The notes below the pieces were generated by a model that had not been told where the DNA came from, did no database searches, and saw nothing but the letters and a program-made list of their open reading frames with translations. A DNA stretch of 63,840 nucleotides, the filler included. It is 9 parts of 9 records of this genome, joined end to end, with 100 filler letters (N's around TTAATTAATTAA, not from the genome) between each part and the next. Parts side by side here need not be neighbours in the genome. Positions count along the whole stretch, not along the records: positions 13,579 to 27,513 come from SRR31156797_30481; positions 27,614 to 35,343 come from SRR31156797_30519; 7 more parts are not named here. One strand, written 5' to 3'. Position 1 is the stretch's first letter, and each line of letters begins with the position of its first letter. Positions 20,950 to 30,986 of this stretch are shown here, piece by piece. The position numbers and the translations under genes were made by a program.

Positions 20950-22251
20950 TCAAGATCTTCTCAAATCAACACAATGGGTTGAGCATGAAATACAGGGGTC
21001 ATAGGCACGCACCAGCATTTCCAGCGTCAGGTTTATTTTTTCGCCGGACATGTCCTTTATGAGAGGCACCAGTTCTTCCATGTCCGCCTGGATATTGGCA
21101 TGGTTCTGGTTGGTGGGAATCACCAGGTTGGCCTTCACGCATTTTCCTTTCCCGTCGTAGGTGTAGTCATGAAACAAGGTTCCGCGGGGCACATCCACCG
21201 CGCCCACACCACGGCCCTCCCGGACAGCAAACCCCGTATCTTCTTCTTTGATCCCATTATCCAGGAACCATTGTGAATGCTCAATGGTCTTTTCCACGGA
21301 AAACACACACTCCACCACCTGGGCAACGCTGTTCATGAAAGGGTTGTGACACGGTGCCGACAGCCCCAGTCGGCCGGCAACGGCCTTTGTATTTTCACTC
21401 AATTGATCCCGGTTGTTGTTAAATCGGGCCAGGGCCCCCACGGCATAGGCATCCCGATTAAAACGGGTCCATTTGGCTGTGGAGCGATCATCCACATATT
21501 CGTTGGTCACCCGTTCATACTCCCGGGGCTGTATAAAATCCTCCACATCACTCGATTTGATGACGCCGTCATAAAGGGCGTATTCCATAGGATTCGTTAG
21601 GCTCACATATTCCGTTTCCCTTTCAAACAGAGGCAATTTATGGGTCAGGGATTGAACGAATTCCGCCAGCTGTTTCAGGTCTTCCATGGCCTTTATGTGG
21701 TTGTCCCGGATTTCCCGAATTGTCTTCTGATCAGGGAACATACTCCAGCCGTTGACGCAGGCCCGTACGGGGTGGGTGGTTCGGCCGCCGATCTTGTCAC
21801 AGGTCTCGTTGGCCAATCGATGGAGTCGTATGGCCAGAAGCACCACCTCCCGGTGGGTTTCGATGAGGGGCAGAACACTCCCCACCCCCAAAAGATCCGG
21901 CAACACCAGATAGCATACGTGCAGGATATGGCTCTGAAGGTTCTCCGCATGATTGAGGATCTCCCTCAAACGCCGGGTCTGTTCCGTTATGGTAATTCCC
22001 ATGGCCGCTTCCGTGGCTTTTTGGGACGCGAAGGTATGGCCGATGGAACAGATGCCGCAGATACGCGAGGTAATGCGGGAAAGCTCGCTCCAGTCCCTCC
22101 CCACCACCATGGACTCAAAAAAACGGGGGGCTTCGGGAATCTGCCATTCCACCCTTAGAAGGCGGTCTCCCTCCATGTGCACCACAATATTGCCATGGCC
22201 TTCCACCCTTGTAATATGGGCGTTGTCAAACCGTACGGACTTTCCTGTCAC
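20950..22251 (-). CDS. group 3b [NiFe]-hydrogenase large (alpha) subunit
   Basis: TRVEGHG, RICGIC, PRG, DPCISCSTH plus 7-aa C-terminal extension; GTG start overlaps the upstream TGA. Confidence 0.95.
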   Translation of the reverse strand: MTGKSVRFDNAHITRVEGHGNIVVHMEGDRLLRVEWQIPEAPRFFESMVVGRDWSELSRITSRICGICSIGHTFASQKATEAAMGITITEQTRRLREILNHAENLQSHILHVCYLVLPDLLGVGSVLPLIETHREVVLLAIRLHRLANETCDKIGGRTTHPVRACVNGWSMFPDQKTIREIRDNHIKAMEDLKQLAEFVQSLTHKLPLFERETEYVSLTNPMEYALYDGVIKSSDVEDFIQPREYERVTNEYVDDRSTAKWTRFNRDAYAVGALARFNNNRDQLSENTKAVAGRLGLSAPCHNPFMNSVAQVVECVFSVEKTIEHSQWFLDNGIKEEDTGFAVREGRGVGAVDVPRGTLFHDYTYDGKGKCVKANLVIPTNQNHANIQADMEELVPLIKDMSGEKINLTLEMLVRAYDPCISCSTHCVDLRRS

Positions 22252-23000
22252 GGGGTCACCTCCAGGGAAAGGGGGAACAGATTGAATTTCGCGGCAATCT
22301 GTTCCATTGTCAGATGGTGCTCACCTAAAACGTCTTTCATGGCATTTTGATTGGCATGGGGAATAATGCCGCGACACCCCTCGCACCCCACACCGTTACC
22401 GGGACAGATGGCCCCACAGCCGGCACGAACGATGGGACCCAGGCATGTCCGGCCCATATGAAAAAGGCAGACGTTCTCATTGATTTTACATTCGGCACAG
22501 ACGGGATAATCGGGTATTTTAGGGGTTGTCCCCAATGCAAAGGCTTCCACAATATGGAGAAATTCCTCACGGTTGATGGGACAACCATGAATTTGAAAAT
22601 CCACGGGAACGATTTCACCAATGGCCCGGGTGGCATAGGTCTCCAGGTGGGGTCGATCCCAATCGCTGCCGTATACGTCCCTTCTTACCTGTTCGAGATT
22701 GCCGCTAACATTCTTGAGTTTGTTCAGGCCACCGGTGGCGGCACAGGCACCCAGGGCCACCAGAACCCCGGACCGTTCACGGATATCCTTGAGGCGCGCT
22801 TCATCCTTTGCCCGGGTAATGGAGCCTTCAATAAAAGCGATGTCGTAGCGAAAGGCCTTTTCCGTCATCACCTCCCTGAACTCCACCACATCCACCAGGT
22901 CCACCAGGCCGATGATTTCCTCTTCCAGGTTTGCGATTTGCAGCTGGCACCCCTCACAGGATGCAAAATCAAAAAATGCCACTTTCGGTTTTTTGCTCAT
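22248..23000 (-). CDS. group 3b [NiFe]-hydrogenase small (delta) subunit
   Basis: SCEGCQ, EGS, GACA, GCP, VCAECK...CLGP...GCGAICP...CEGCRG. Confidence 0.93.
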   Translation of the reverse strand: MSKKPKVAFFDFASCEGCQLQIANLEEEIIGLVDLVDVVEFREVMTEKAFRYDIAFIEGSITRAKDEARLKDIRERSGVLVALGACAATGGLNKLKNVSGNLEQVRRDVYGSDWDRPHLETYATRAIGEIVPVDFQIHGCPINREEFLHIVEAFALGTTPKIPDYPVCAECKINENVCLFHMGRTCLGPIVRAGCGAICPGNGVGCEGCRGIIPHANQNAMKDVLGEHHLTMEQIAAKFNLFPLSLEVTP

Positions 23001-24832
23001 AAGGCCTCCATGGATTCGCGGATTGAATCATAGGTAAAGACCGGTCCTTCCTGGCATACATAGATATCGTCAATCTGGCAATGCCCGCACTTGCCCACAC
23101 CGCACTCCATGCGCCGTTCCAAGGACACCAGGATGTCTTTATGATCAAACCCGAGGGTTTCCAGTTCCCGGATGACGAAGCGGTACATGATAGGCGGCCC
23201 CACAATGAGGGCTTTTGTGCGGGAAGGAATAATACGGTCCGCAACCAGGGGTAGCAGGGTGGTAATCACCCCGATCTGCCCGGACCACTCTTCGTCCCCA
23301 TGGTCCAGGGTTTCCAGCACAAGGGTATCGGGGGCCCGGGACCATCCATTTACTTCATCGGGAAAAAGCCGCCGGGATCGATCCCTGGCCCCTGAAAGGA
23401 TGGTCACCCGACCGAACGCTTCCCGGTTGTCCATCACATAATGAATGACTGACCGAAGAGGGGCAAGCCCCAGCCCCCCCGCAATAAAAAGGAGGTCTTT
23501 TCCCTGGTATCTTTCCACCGCAAAATGACTGCCGAAAGGTCCTCGAATGCCCACCTGATCCCCTGGCTTCAGTCGGTGAACGGCTTCGGTGACCTTTCCC
23601 ACATTTCGAATGAGCATTTCAAAACCTCCCTGTTTCGTGGGAGATGAGGCAATGGAAAAGGGGGCTTCCCCGATGCCGGGGATGGAGAGTTCCACGAATT
23701 GCCCGGGCTGGTGGCCCAGTTCCCGCCCTTCCAGGGTAAATTCAAAAAACCGGTCCTGGTCCGTCATATTTTCCATTTTTTTAAGGGTGGCCACCTCGGG
23801 AAGATAGATGGATCGGTTCATTTCGTTGATGATTTCCAGGGGCGAAGCGATGCCCGCCACACAGGCTTCGGCGCACCTGCCGCACCCGACGCATCCCGGC
23901 AGATGAAAATGCTCGGGAAGGTACTTTCCCTTTCGCAGAATGCGATGACGCAACCGGTTGGCCGGCGTTTCCCTGAAATTATGCCCGCCGGCAGCGGACG
24001 CAAATCCCTCCATCATGCACCCGTCCCATGTTCGCGTGCGGCGACCCGCCAAAAGGGACAGATCCACCTCTTCCTCCACGTGAAAGCAGTAACAGGTGGG
24101 ACAGACCAGGACGCATGCACCGCATGAAAAACATCTGCCCGCACGGAGGTCGATCACTTTTGACTGCGGCTGCTTTTGCAGGAATGCCGGCAGATCCTCT
24201 CTCGGCATGGAGAGACGAATTTCATCCTGAACGGCATGTTTCCGTCTTCCGAGCGTCTCTAATACTTTTTCATCAGCCGGCATGGCAGCACTTTCCCGAA
24301 TCAATGCGCTGCCCGCGTCCGACACCACCTCAACGGCATAGACATCTTTCTCCAAATCGATCAGCATGAGATCCGCCGAATGGTAATGCTCATCGGTGAT
24401 CATGGAACCGCTGAACCGGTGTTTGAAAGGACGGGTAGGATATATCCCCACCAGAAGACTTTGATTTCGCCTTGAAAGGTAATTAACATCCGACTGCCCG
24501 GTGGAAAAAGCCTTGTCCAAAAGCGCAATGGCCACCAGGTCCCAGGGGTGTATGCCGATGATGATCCTCGGTTGGGCTTCAACGCTTTCATGATAGGAAG
24601 AAGGGTCACCGGTCTTAAACGTCAGTAGGGTTTCCTTGACGGGCAGGAAGTATTTCTTGGGAGGGAGCAAGGTCTCATGGTAGTCCAAGCAAAGATCCGA
24701 TGCATCCTCAATGGTATCATAAACAAAACCGGTTCCTTTTTTGACCACACCGTCAATTTCGCGATCCCCCCGAATAAGCCCATTGACGAAATCCCGGAAA
24801 TCAGTCTTGCTAATGGTTTTGTATTCCATCAA
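22997..24832 (-). CDS. fused sulfhydrogenase beta (4Fe-4S, AsrA-like) and gamma (FAD/NAD-binding, 2Fe-2S, AsrB-like) subunits
   Basis: N half CFSCGACVLVCPTCYCF and CVGCGRC...C; C half PGQFV...GEAPFSI, RGPFG, AGGLGLAP, ERRMECGVGKCGHC; one 611-aa ORF. Confidence 0.9.
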   Translation of the reverse strand: MMEYKTISKTDFRDFVNGLIRGDREIDGVVKKGTGFVYDTIEDASDLCLDYHETLLPPKKYFLPVKETLLTFKTGDPSSYHESVEAQPRIIIGIHPWDLVAIALLDKAFSTGQSDVNYLSRRNQSLLVGIYPTRPFKHRFSGSMITDEHYHSADLMLIDLEKDVYAVEVVSDAGSALIRESAAMPADEKVLETLGRRKHAVQDEIRLSMPREDLPAFLQKQPQSKVIDLRAGRCFSCGACVLVCPTCYCFHVEEEVDLSLLAGRRTRTWDGCMMEGFASAAGGHNFRETPANRLRHRILRKGKYLPEHFHLPGCVGCGRCAEACVAGIASPLEIINEMNRSIYLPEVATLKKMENMTDQDRFFEFTLEGRELGHQPGQFVELSIPGIGEAPFSIASSPTKQGGFEMLIRNVGKVTEAVHRLKPGDQVGIRGPFGSHFAVERYQGKDLLFIAGGLGLAPLRSVIHYVMDNREAFGRVTILSGARDRSRRLFPDEVNGWSRAPDTLVLETLDHGDEEWSGQIGVITTLLPLVADRIIPSRTKALIVGPPIMYRFVIRELETLGFDHKDILVSLERRMECGVGKCGHCQIDDIYVCQEGPVFTYDSIRESMEAL

Positions 24833-25115
24833 TCGTTATCTCCCTTTCCATTCACTTTCAGGTGACATCTTTTTTTCAGGCAGAAATATGAACTTTGATA
24901 ACCCTTTTCAGGATTCATTTTAAAGAATTACAAGGGTATAAACAAGGTATTTCTGACTGTTCCATGTGTCACCACCCTAAACACTGCTGCTGTTTCATTA
25001 GACTTCTGAAATGAAAATCGGGAGAAAAACGGATGGATTAAGGAAGAACCGCCCCGCCAAACAGACCTAATGGGTTGACCATATGTTTCAGAAATCATGC
25101 ACAAAAAGAAAATCC

Positions 25116-25144
25116 AAAAAAAAGAGGCGGCAAAACGCCGCCTC
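25116..25144 (-). terminator. intrinsic terminator after the acyl-CoA synthetase
   Basis: GAGGCGGC/GCCGCCTC hairpin followed by T8 on the minus strand. Confidence 0.75.
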
Positions 25145-25169
25145 CTTTTCTAATCTTGATCGGAAACCC

Positions 25170-26750
25170 CTATGACAATTTCTGAAATGCCTCTCTTCGG
25201 CCCGTATACTTTTCGCGCATCTGGGGTTTCATCAACTTACCGGTGGGATTCCGCATAACCTCGTCAAAAAGCACTTTTCTGGGAAGTTTGTACTTGGCCA
25301 GCTTGGTCTTCCCGAATTCCAGCACTTCCTCTTCCGTCATGGTTTCCCCTTCTTTCAATTGAACAATGGCCATCACCACCTCAACGAGACGTTCATCGGG
25401 ATGGCCGATGCAGGCCACATCATCGATTTTCGGATGTTCCATAAGGGCGTCTTCGATCTCCACGGGAAAGATGTTTTCCCCCCCGCTGGTGATCATGTCC
25501 TTTTTCCGATCGACAATGTAAAAGAAGCCTTCCTCATCGGTCTGCAGCAAATCCCCCGTATAGAGCCACCCGTCCTTGAGCGTATCCCGGGTCATCTCCT
25601 CGTTTTTATAATACCCTTTCATCATCCGCGGGGTGGAAAAAACCAGCTCTCCCACCTCTCCAGCGGGCAAATCCTCCCCTTCATAACCGACGATCTTCCC
25701 CTCTACGCCGAAGGTGGGCTTCCCGATGGATCCCGGTTTCCGCAAAACGTCTTCCGGGTACAGGTTGAACAGCCCGCCGCCACCCCCCTCGGTAATACCG
25801 TAAATATTGGACACGCCCACGGGAAGCGTTTCCACCAGTTTTTTCATCACATCAAAGGGCACCGGTTGAGCGCCGATCTCCATATAACGCCAACTGGATA
25901 GATCATAGTCCTCAAGTTTCAATTTCCCATCCCTGATGGCGTTCAGAATGGCGACGGCGATGGGCACCACGAAGAGGATATCCGTCCCCTTCTCCTCAGC
26001 CAGAGCCTCCATAATCCATTTGGGATCGGTAAATTCGCGCAGAATGGTACCCTTTGCCCCCGTGGCATAGAAGGGCGCCCATAAAAACATGGTGCCGCTA
26101 TGGTAAAGGGGAAGGAAGAAAACATAGTTATCATTTTTTTCCACAAAATAGCTCATCCCATTCCCGATGGCCGTATTGTTCAGGGAATGGTGGGTGTGCA
26201 GTACGGGTTTGGGTTTTCCCGTGGTGCCGGAAGTGAACATCATGGCCAGATCATGCTGATCGTCCACATCCACAATGGCCTCGGAAATATCCTCATAGGC
26301 GGCAATGTTTTTGTAATCAATCATATCATCCGGCACTTCGGCGCCCACGCAGATATATTTTTCAACGGTGGTCAAATCTTTCTGCACGGGCTGCACCACA
26401 GGAAGGAATTCCGAACCGATAATAAAAACTTTAGGATCGCACACCTCTGCGGCATAAAGGATATCAGACTCCATAAACCTGAAATTCAGAGGAACCACCA
26501 CGGCGCCGAGCTTAATAATGCCATAATAGGTAATCAGCCATTCCAGGGAATTGTTCTGCAGATGCATAACATAGTCGCCAAACTTGATGCCCAGTTCCTT
26601 TGAGAGATAGTTGGCAACTCGATTGATCTCATCATTGAACTGTTTCCAAGTGAGGGACCTTCTCTGGTTCAAAGAAGGGGTCCGCTCAATGAGACATTCC
26701 TTTTCGGGCAGGTGACGCGCGTGAAGCGTAGCATATTTGGCGTAATTCAT
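25170..26750 (-). CDS. AMP-binding acyl-CoA synthetase
   Basis: FTSGTTGKPK, YGITE, GWLYTGD, DRKKDMI, TGK. Confidence 0.93.
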   Translation of the reverse strand: MNYAKYATLHARHLPEKECLIERTPSLNQRRSLTWKQFNDEINRVANYLSKELGIKFGDYVMHLQNNSLEWLITYYGIIKLGAVVVPLNFRFMESDILYAAEVCDPKVFIIGSEFLPVVQPVQKDLTTVEKYICVGAEVPDDMIDYKNIAAYEDISEAIVDVDDQHDLAMMFTSGTTGKPKPVLHTHHSLNNTAIGNGMSYFVEKNDNYVFFLPLYHSGTMFLWAPFYATGAKGTILREFTDPKWIMEALAEEKGTDILFVVPIAVAILNAIRDGKLKLEDYDLSSWRYMEIGAQPVPFDVMKKLVETLPVGVSNIYGITEGGGGGLFNLYPEDVLRKPGSIGKPTFGVEGKIVGYEGEDLPAGEVGELVFSTPRMMKGYYKNEEMTRDTLKDGWLYTGDLLQTDEEGFFYIVDRKKDMITSGGENIFPVEIEDALMEHPKIDDVACIGHPDERLVEVVMAIVQLKEGETMTEEEVLEFGKTKLAKYKLPRKVLFDEVMRNPTGKLMKPQMREKYTGRREAFQKLS

Positions 26751-26817
26751 TCCTGTTCTCTCCTTCGTAAAATCTTTGCTAAATGAAAATAACGTTTAGG
26801 TTTGCCCCGATGAAACA

Positions 26818-27513
26818 TCAGTTCAAATAACCGAATTTACCGGGCAACCACAACACAAGCTCCGGCCAGTAGGTCATCAGCATCAACACGCCGATCTGTA
26901 TGGCCAGAAACGGCATCACCGCTTTTGAAACATAGACCAGATCTCGATTGGCAATGGACCCCGTGATGTACAAACTGACCCCCATGGGCGGCGTGCAGTA
27001 ACCGATGGCAAGGTTCACGGTCAAGATCAAGCCGAAATGCATGGGATCAATACCGAACGCTCCGAGCATGGGCAGGAAAACCGGTCCCAGAATAAGGGTG
27101 GCTGAAATGATGTCCATGAACATGCCGACAATCAACAGCAGTATGTTCAAAGCCGCCAGAAACAGTATGGGTGATTGAATACTGGAGAGAACGACCTCCG
27201 TAATCTTGCCGGGAATATCCTCCAGGGTCAGATAACGGCCGAAACACGTGGCGCCGGCGACAATGATCAAAAGGGTAGCGGATGTGACTGCAGAGCCGAC
27301 GGTTATCCTTTTGACGTCTCGAAATTTGATGGATCTATGAATAAAGAGCTCCACCACAAAGGCGAATACACACGCCACAACCGCAGCCTCGTTGGCCGTG
27401 AAGGCGCCGGAAAAAATCCCGCCAAAAATAATCACGGGCAACATGAGGGCCCAGAATCCTTCCTTCAAGGTGGAAAGGACCTGCTTGAGGTCGGGAACGG
27501 GCATGCGTACAAA
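26818..27513 (-). CDS. dctM: TRAP transporter large permease (5' truncated)
   Basis: PVIIFGGIFSGAFTANEAA, GIDPMHFG...NLAIGYCTPPMG. Confidence 0.92.
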   Translation of the reverse strand, partial: FVRMPVPDLKQVLSTLKEGFWALMLPVIIFGGIFSGAFTANEAAVVACVFAFVVELFIHRSIKFRDVKRITVGSAVTSATLLIIVAGATCFGRYLTLEDIPGKITEVVLSSIQSPILFLAALNILLLIVGMFMDIISATLILGPVFLPMLGAFGIDPMHFGLILTVNLAIGYCTPPMGVSLYITGSIANRDLVYVSKAVMPFLAIQIGVLMLMTYWPELVLWLPGKFGYLN

Positions 27514-27613
27514 NNNNNNNNNNNNNNNNNNNNNNNNNNNNNNNNNNNNNNNNNNNNTTAATTAATTAANNNNNNNNNNNNNNNNNNNNNNNNNNNNNNN
27601 NNNNNNNNNNNNN
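27514..27613. other. artificial contig spacer
   Basis: N-run / TTAATTAATTAA / N-run. Confidence 0.99.
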
Positions 27614-27640
27614 ATTTCACTCACCTGATCTTAAACCTGG

Positions 27641-28219
27641 TTAACGCCTTGTCCTTGCAAAGCTGATAAAACGCCCGTCCTGACCTGTTTGATGGAAACC
27701 CGCTGTTTTCATTATCTCCACAAGCAAGTCCAGTGTTTTATTCCTGGTCTGATACACAACCGTTCCGCCCGGACGGACGACTCTACCCAGTTCAGCGGCC
27801 AGTTTTTTCATACCGCCTACAATCCTGGGCAGCCCAAATAGAAAAGCAAGATCAATGCTTGATTCAGAAAGGCCTGATTCAGATGCATTAGCCTGCATTA
27901 CCCTTACATTGGACGCATTGTTATCAAGAACTTTTTCCTTAACCCTGTCCACGGCGTAAGGATTGACATCCAGGGCAAAAACCTTGCCTTCACTACCGAC
28001 AATTTTCGAGGCCGCCATGGTGTAAAATCCCGGCCCGCAGTCTACTTCCAGGACCTTTTGCCCCTTTTTCATTCCAATGGATTGGAGAATGGCCGCAGGA
28101 TCGCGGAACAGGGGCAGCAGCCTGTTGTCGTGAACAAGGGATATTATTTTGAAAGATATTTTCGCGGCCGCGTCGCCGCGCCTGTAATTGCTGCATTTTA
28201 TGGCTTTGACCTGGTTCAT
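27641..28219 (-). CDS. class I SAM-dependent methyltransferase
   Basis: GQKVLEVDCGPG, GKVFALDVN, SIDLAF, RVVRPGG; SD AGGAG. Confidence 0.88.
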   Translation of the reverse strand: MNQVKAIKCSNYRRGDAAAKISFKIISLVHDNRLLPLFRDPAAILQSIGMKKGQKVLEVDCGPGFYTMAASKIVGSEGKVFALDVNPYAVDRVKEKVLDNNASNVRVMQANASESGLSESSIDLAFLFGLPRIVGGMKKLAAELGRVVRPGGTVVYQTRNKTLDLLVEIMKTAGFHQTGQDGRFISFARTRR

Positions 28220-28239
28220 GTTTTTCTCCTCTACTTATC

Positions 28240-28254
28240 GTATAGCTACTATAC
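28240..28254. promoter_or_regulatory. putative MarR operator upstream of the methyltransferase
   Basis: GTATAGCTACTATAC, 14/15 identical to the palindrome in the marR promoter. Confidence 0.75.
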
Positions 28255-28273
28255 GCTTAGGCTAAAATTTTTT

Positions 28274-28723
28274 CTATTTCCTCTTGTCCATCAAATTTTC
28301 CAGATGCTCGAAAAATCCTTCAATCGCCCCGAGTTGGTCCTCGGTAAGACGCTCGACATACTCATAGAGTTCCTTATCCATTTCCTCATGAAGCTGCTCG
28401 TGAACGTAATAGGCGATTTTTCCCTTGTTGGTCAAAACCGGAAACATTCTTGAGCTGTTTTCCGGATCTTCACACTTTTCCACCAATCCCTTTTTTTCCA
28501 GCTTGGCCACAGTCTGTGAAACAGCGCCCTTGGTGACGCCGGCGTTTCTGGCCAGTTCTGAAACGTGCATGCCTTCATTATTGCCGATCAGCATAATGGT
28601 GTGGATCTCAGAAGAATACAACTGTTCCTCCACTCCGTATTTCCTGGGTTTCTTCTGGTTTTCAACATACTTGTTGATAACCCTGATGATTGTTTCACCC
28701 ATTTTTGCCATTCGCTCTTTCAT
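28274..28723 (-). CDS. MarR family transcriptional regulator
   Basis: LYSSEIHTI...VSELARNAGVTKGAVSQTVAKLEKKGLV...LTNKG winged HTH. Confidence 0.93.
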   Translation of the reverse strand: MKERMAKMGETIIRVINKYVENQKKPRKYGVEEQLYSSEIHTIMLIGNNEGMHVSELARNAGVTKGAVSQTVAKLEKKGLVEKCEDPENSSRMFPVLTNKGKIAYYVHEQLHEEMDKELYEYVERLTEDQLGAIEGFFEHLENLMDKRK

Positions 28724-28729
28724 GTTTTC

Positions 28730-28758
28730 AATGTATAGCTGCTATACGCTTATGTCAA
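28730..28758 (-). promoter_or_regulatory. sigma70 promoter of marR with an embedded palindromic operator
   Basis: TTGACA-17 nt-TACATT on the minus strand; perfect palindrome GTATAGC-T-GCTATAC at 28733-28747. Confidence 0.8.
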
Positions 28759-28876
28759 GTGCTTTTGTCGGCAATATGGTGAAAATGTCGGGCTGCACCC
28801 TGCTGCGGTCCAGCTGCGGGCGGGAAATGTTTTGGCGGGTGATTTAAAGGGCGGGCTCATGGCCCGCCCATTGGTT

Positions 28877-30547
28877 TTATTTAGGACGCATGGCCTTTTT
28901 ATCTATCTTACCCACGGAAGTGAGCGGGATGGCGTCCACAAACTCGATTATCTTGGGGACCTTGTACGGCGACAGCTTTTCCTTGGCAAAAGCCAAAATG
29001 GACTCCCGTATTTCGTCATCCGGCTTATCATTGTAGCCTTCACTTTTTTGGACGAACAGCTTGACGATTTCGCTGTCGGGCCGGTCCGGATTGGGCAGGC
29101 CGATAAGGGCGCACACGCCAATGGCCGGGTGGTTGTAAAGCTTGTCTTCAACTTCCGAAGAAAAAACCTTGAAGCCGCCGACAATGATCATGTCCTTGGC
29201 GCGGTCGACCACGTAAACAAAACCGTCTTCATCAATGCGGCCCACGTCGCCGGTATGCATCCAGATGTCGCCGTCGTGTTCCCTGAGGGCGTTGGCCGTT
29301 TCTTCCGGCTTATTCAGGTATCCCTTCATGACCTGCGGGCCGCTGCATATCAATTCGCCTTCCTCGCCGACCGGGACTTCCGTGACCCCGTTCGCCAGGT
29401 CGACGACCTTGAATTTCGTGCTGGGTAGAGGTAGTCCGACAGACCCGATTTTCTTCTTGCCTTTTCCGGGATTGACCGTGATCAGGGGACTTGTTTCGGT
29501 CATGCCCCAGACCTCAACCATTTTGTTCGTACCGACAATGGCTTCCAGGGCGTTTATACCTTCAACGGGGAAGGGCGCGGCGCCGGACATACAGTATTTG
29601 ACCTGGGAAAAGTCCAGCTTTTTAAAGCTTTCATCCGCCATCAACATCTGGAAAAGAGAGGGAACATTGATGAGGAAGGTCGGTTTGTATTTTTCAATCT
29701 CATTGACAATGTGCTCAACGTTTCTCGGGTCGGGAATCAGGACCTGCGTTTCTCCCCAAGCCAGGGCGCTTGACGAAACGAACAGTCCGGCCTGGTGAAA
29801 CATGGGGAAGCCGGATAACCAGACTTCCTTGCCCCGTTCCATTTTCATCCAATATTCAAACTGGTAAATATTGGCGACCATGCTGCCGTGCGTCAGTACG
29901 GCGCCTTTGGGGGGGCCTGTTGTTCCGCCGGTGTACTGTAGATAGCAGGGATCGTCTTTTTCATAGGAGACTTCCGGCGGATCATTGGGAAATTGACTGA
30001 CTATGTCGTAAAACGCTCCGACCTCTTTTCCGTCCAGGGGTTTTCCGGCCGGATATTCATTGACGTTGGGTAGAGCGTCGAAAACGCCGGCTACCAGGAC
30101 GAGCTTGACATCCGGCGTCTGATCGGCCACGCCCGCATACTTGCCGTCAAACAGCATGTCCAGCGTCACCAGGGCTTTTGCCCCGGAATTATTCAACTGG
30201 TAGACCATTTCATCGGGCATGAGAAGCGGGGCCAGGCCCGTAATGGCGCAACCGGCTCTGAGCGAGCCGACAAGGGCTGTTATATAGGCCGGAATGTTCG
30301 GCAGGTTAATGGCGACCACGTCGCCCTTGCCCAGCCCTTTTTCAATGAGCATTTTGGCAAAGCGACCGGATTGCTCCAAAATATCGCCAAAGGTCATTGT
30401 GGTTCCCAGGTAATGGCACCCGGCCTGATCGACAAAATCATTAAACGTATCAACGTAGTAATCTTTTAACGATATGTCCGGAATCTCAACTTCGCCTTCC
30501 ACTCCGGGATCGTAAGAATTAACCCAATGCTTCTTGTCGTAGATCAT
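28877..30547 (-). CDS. long-chain fatty-acid--CoA ligase (FadD-like)
   Basis: LQYTGGTTGPPKG, WGMTETSP, MHTGD, DRAKDMI, VGKIDKK; ATG at 30547 after SD GGAGG. Confidence 0.92.
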   Translation of the reverse strand: MIYDKKHWVNSYDPGVEGEVEIPDISLKDYYVDTFNDFVDQAGCHYLGTTMTFGDILEQSGRFAKMLIEKGLGKGDVVAINLPNIPAYITALVGSLRAGCAITGLAPLLMPDEMVYQLNNSGAKALVTLDMLFDGKYAGVADQTPDVKLVLVAGVFDALPNVNEYPAGKPLDGKEVGAFYDIVSQFPNDPPEVSYEKDDPCYLQYTGGTTGPPKGAVLTHGSMVANIYQFEYWMKMERGKEVWLSGFPMFHQAGLFVSSSALAWGETQVLIPDPRNVEHIVNEIEKYKPTFLINVPSLFQMLMADESFKKLDFSQVKYCMSGAAPFPVEGINALEAIVGTNKMVEVWGMTETSPLITVNPGKGKKKIGSVGLPLPSTKFKVVDLANGVTEVPVGEEGELICSGPQVMKGYLNKPEETANALREHDGDIWMHTGDVGRIDEDGFVYVVDRAKDMIIVGGFKVFSSEVEDKLYNHPAIGVCALIGLPNPDRPDSEIVKLFVQKSEGYNDKPDDEIRESILAFAKEKLSPYKVPKIIEFVDAIPLTSVGKIDKKAMRPK

Positions 30548-30986
30548 TCTGCTCCTCCGATATTGATATATACCCAAAAAAATCGGACGTATCGAACGGG
30601 GCGATTATCATGGGCCGGCAAGACAAACCTATCCTTTCAAATATCCTCAGGCGCCCGAAAGCGCGGGAAATTCGATCGGGAGACGTTTGTTTTGCTGCTG
30701 TGATATCCGCCCGCGGTCGTAACGTCCGCGAATAAGGGTCGGATTTAAAGCCTCAAGTTCGCATCAAAAGCCGGTCGAAGCCGGTCAGTAATGTCAGTTG
30801 TCAATATGGATTCATAATAATCCTGGCCGGAATGAAAGTCCAGAAAAAAAGTGGTAAGTTTACTCCACTCAGATAATTTTAAAGTATTTTATTCCTTAGT
30901 GTTTTTTCCAGCAGCACGAATTTAGACGTTATTCATTCGACTCCATCCGGAGATACCGGCAGATATACAATGAGAGTAAAAACAAT

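Noticed and set aside
20950..24832. Selenocysteine recoding in the hydrogenase (also checked in the peroxiredoxin)
   Set aside because: All ligand positions are Cys codons (DPCISC, PVCTSE) and there is no in-frame TGA
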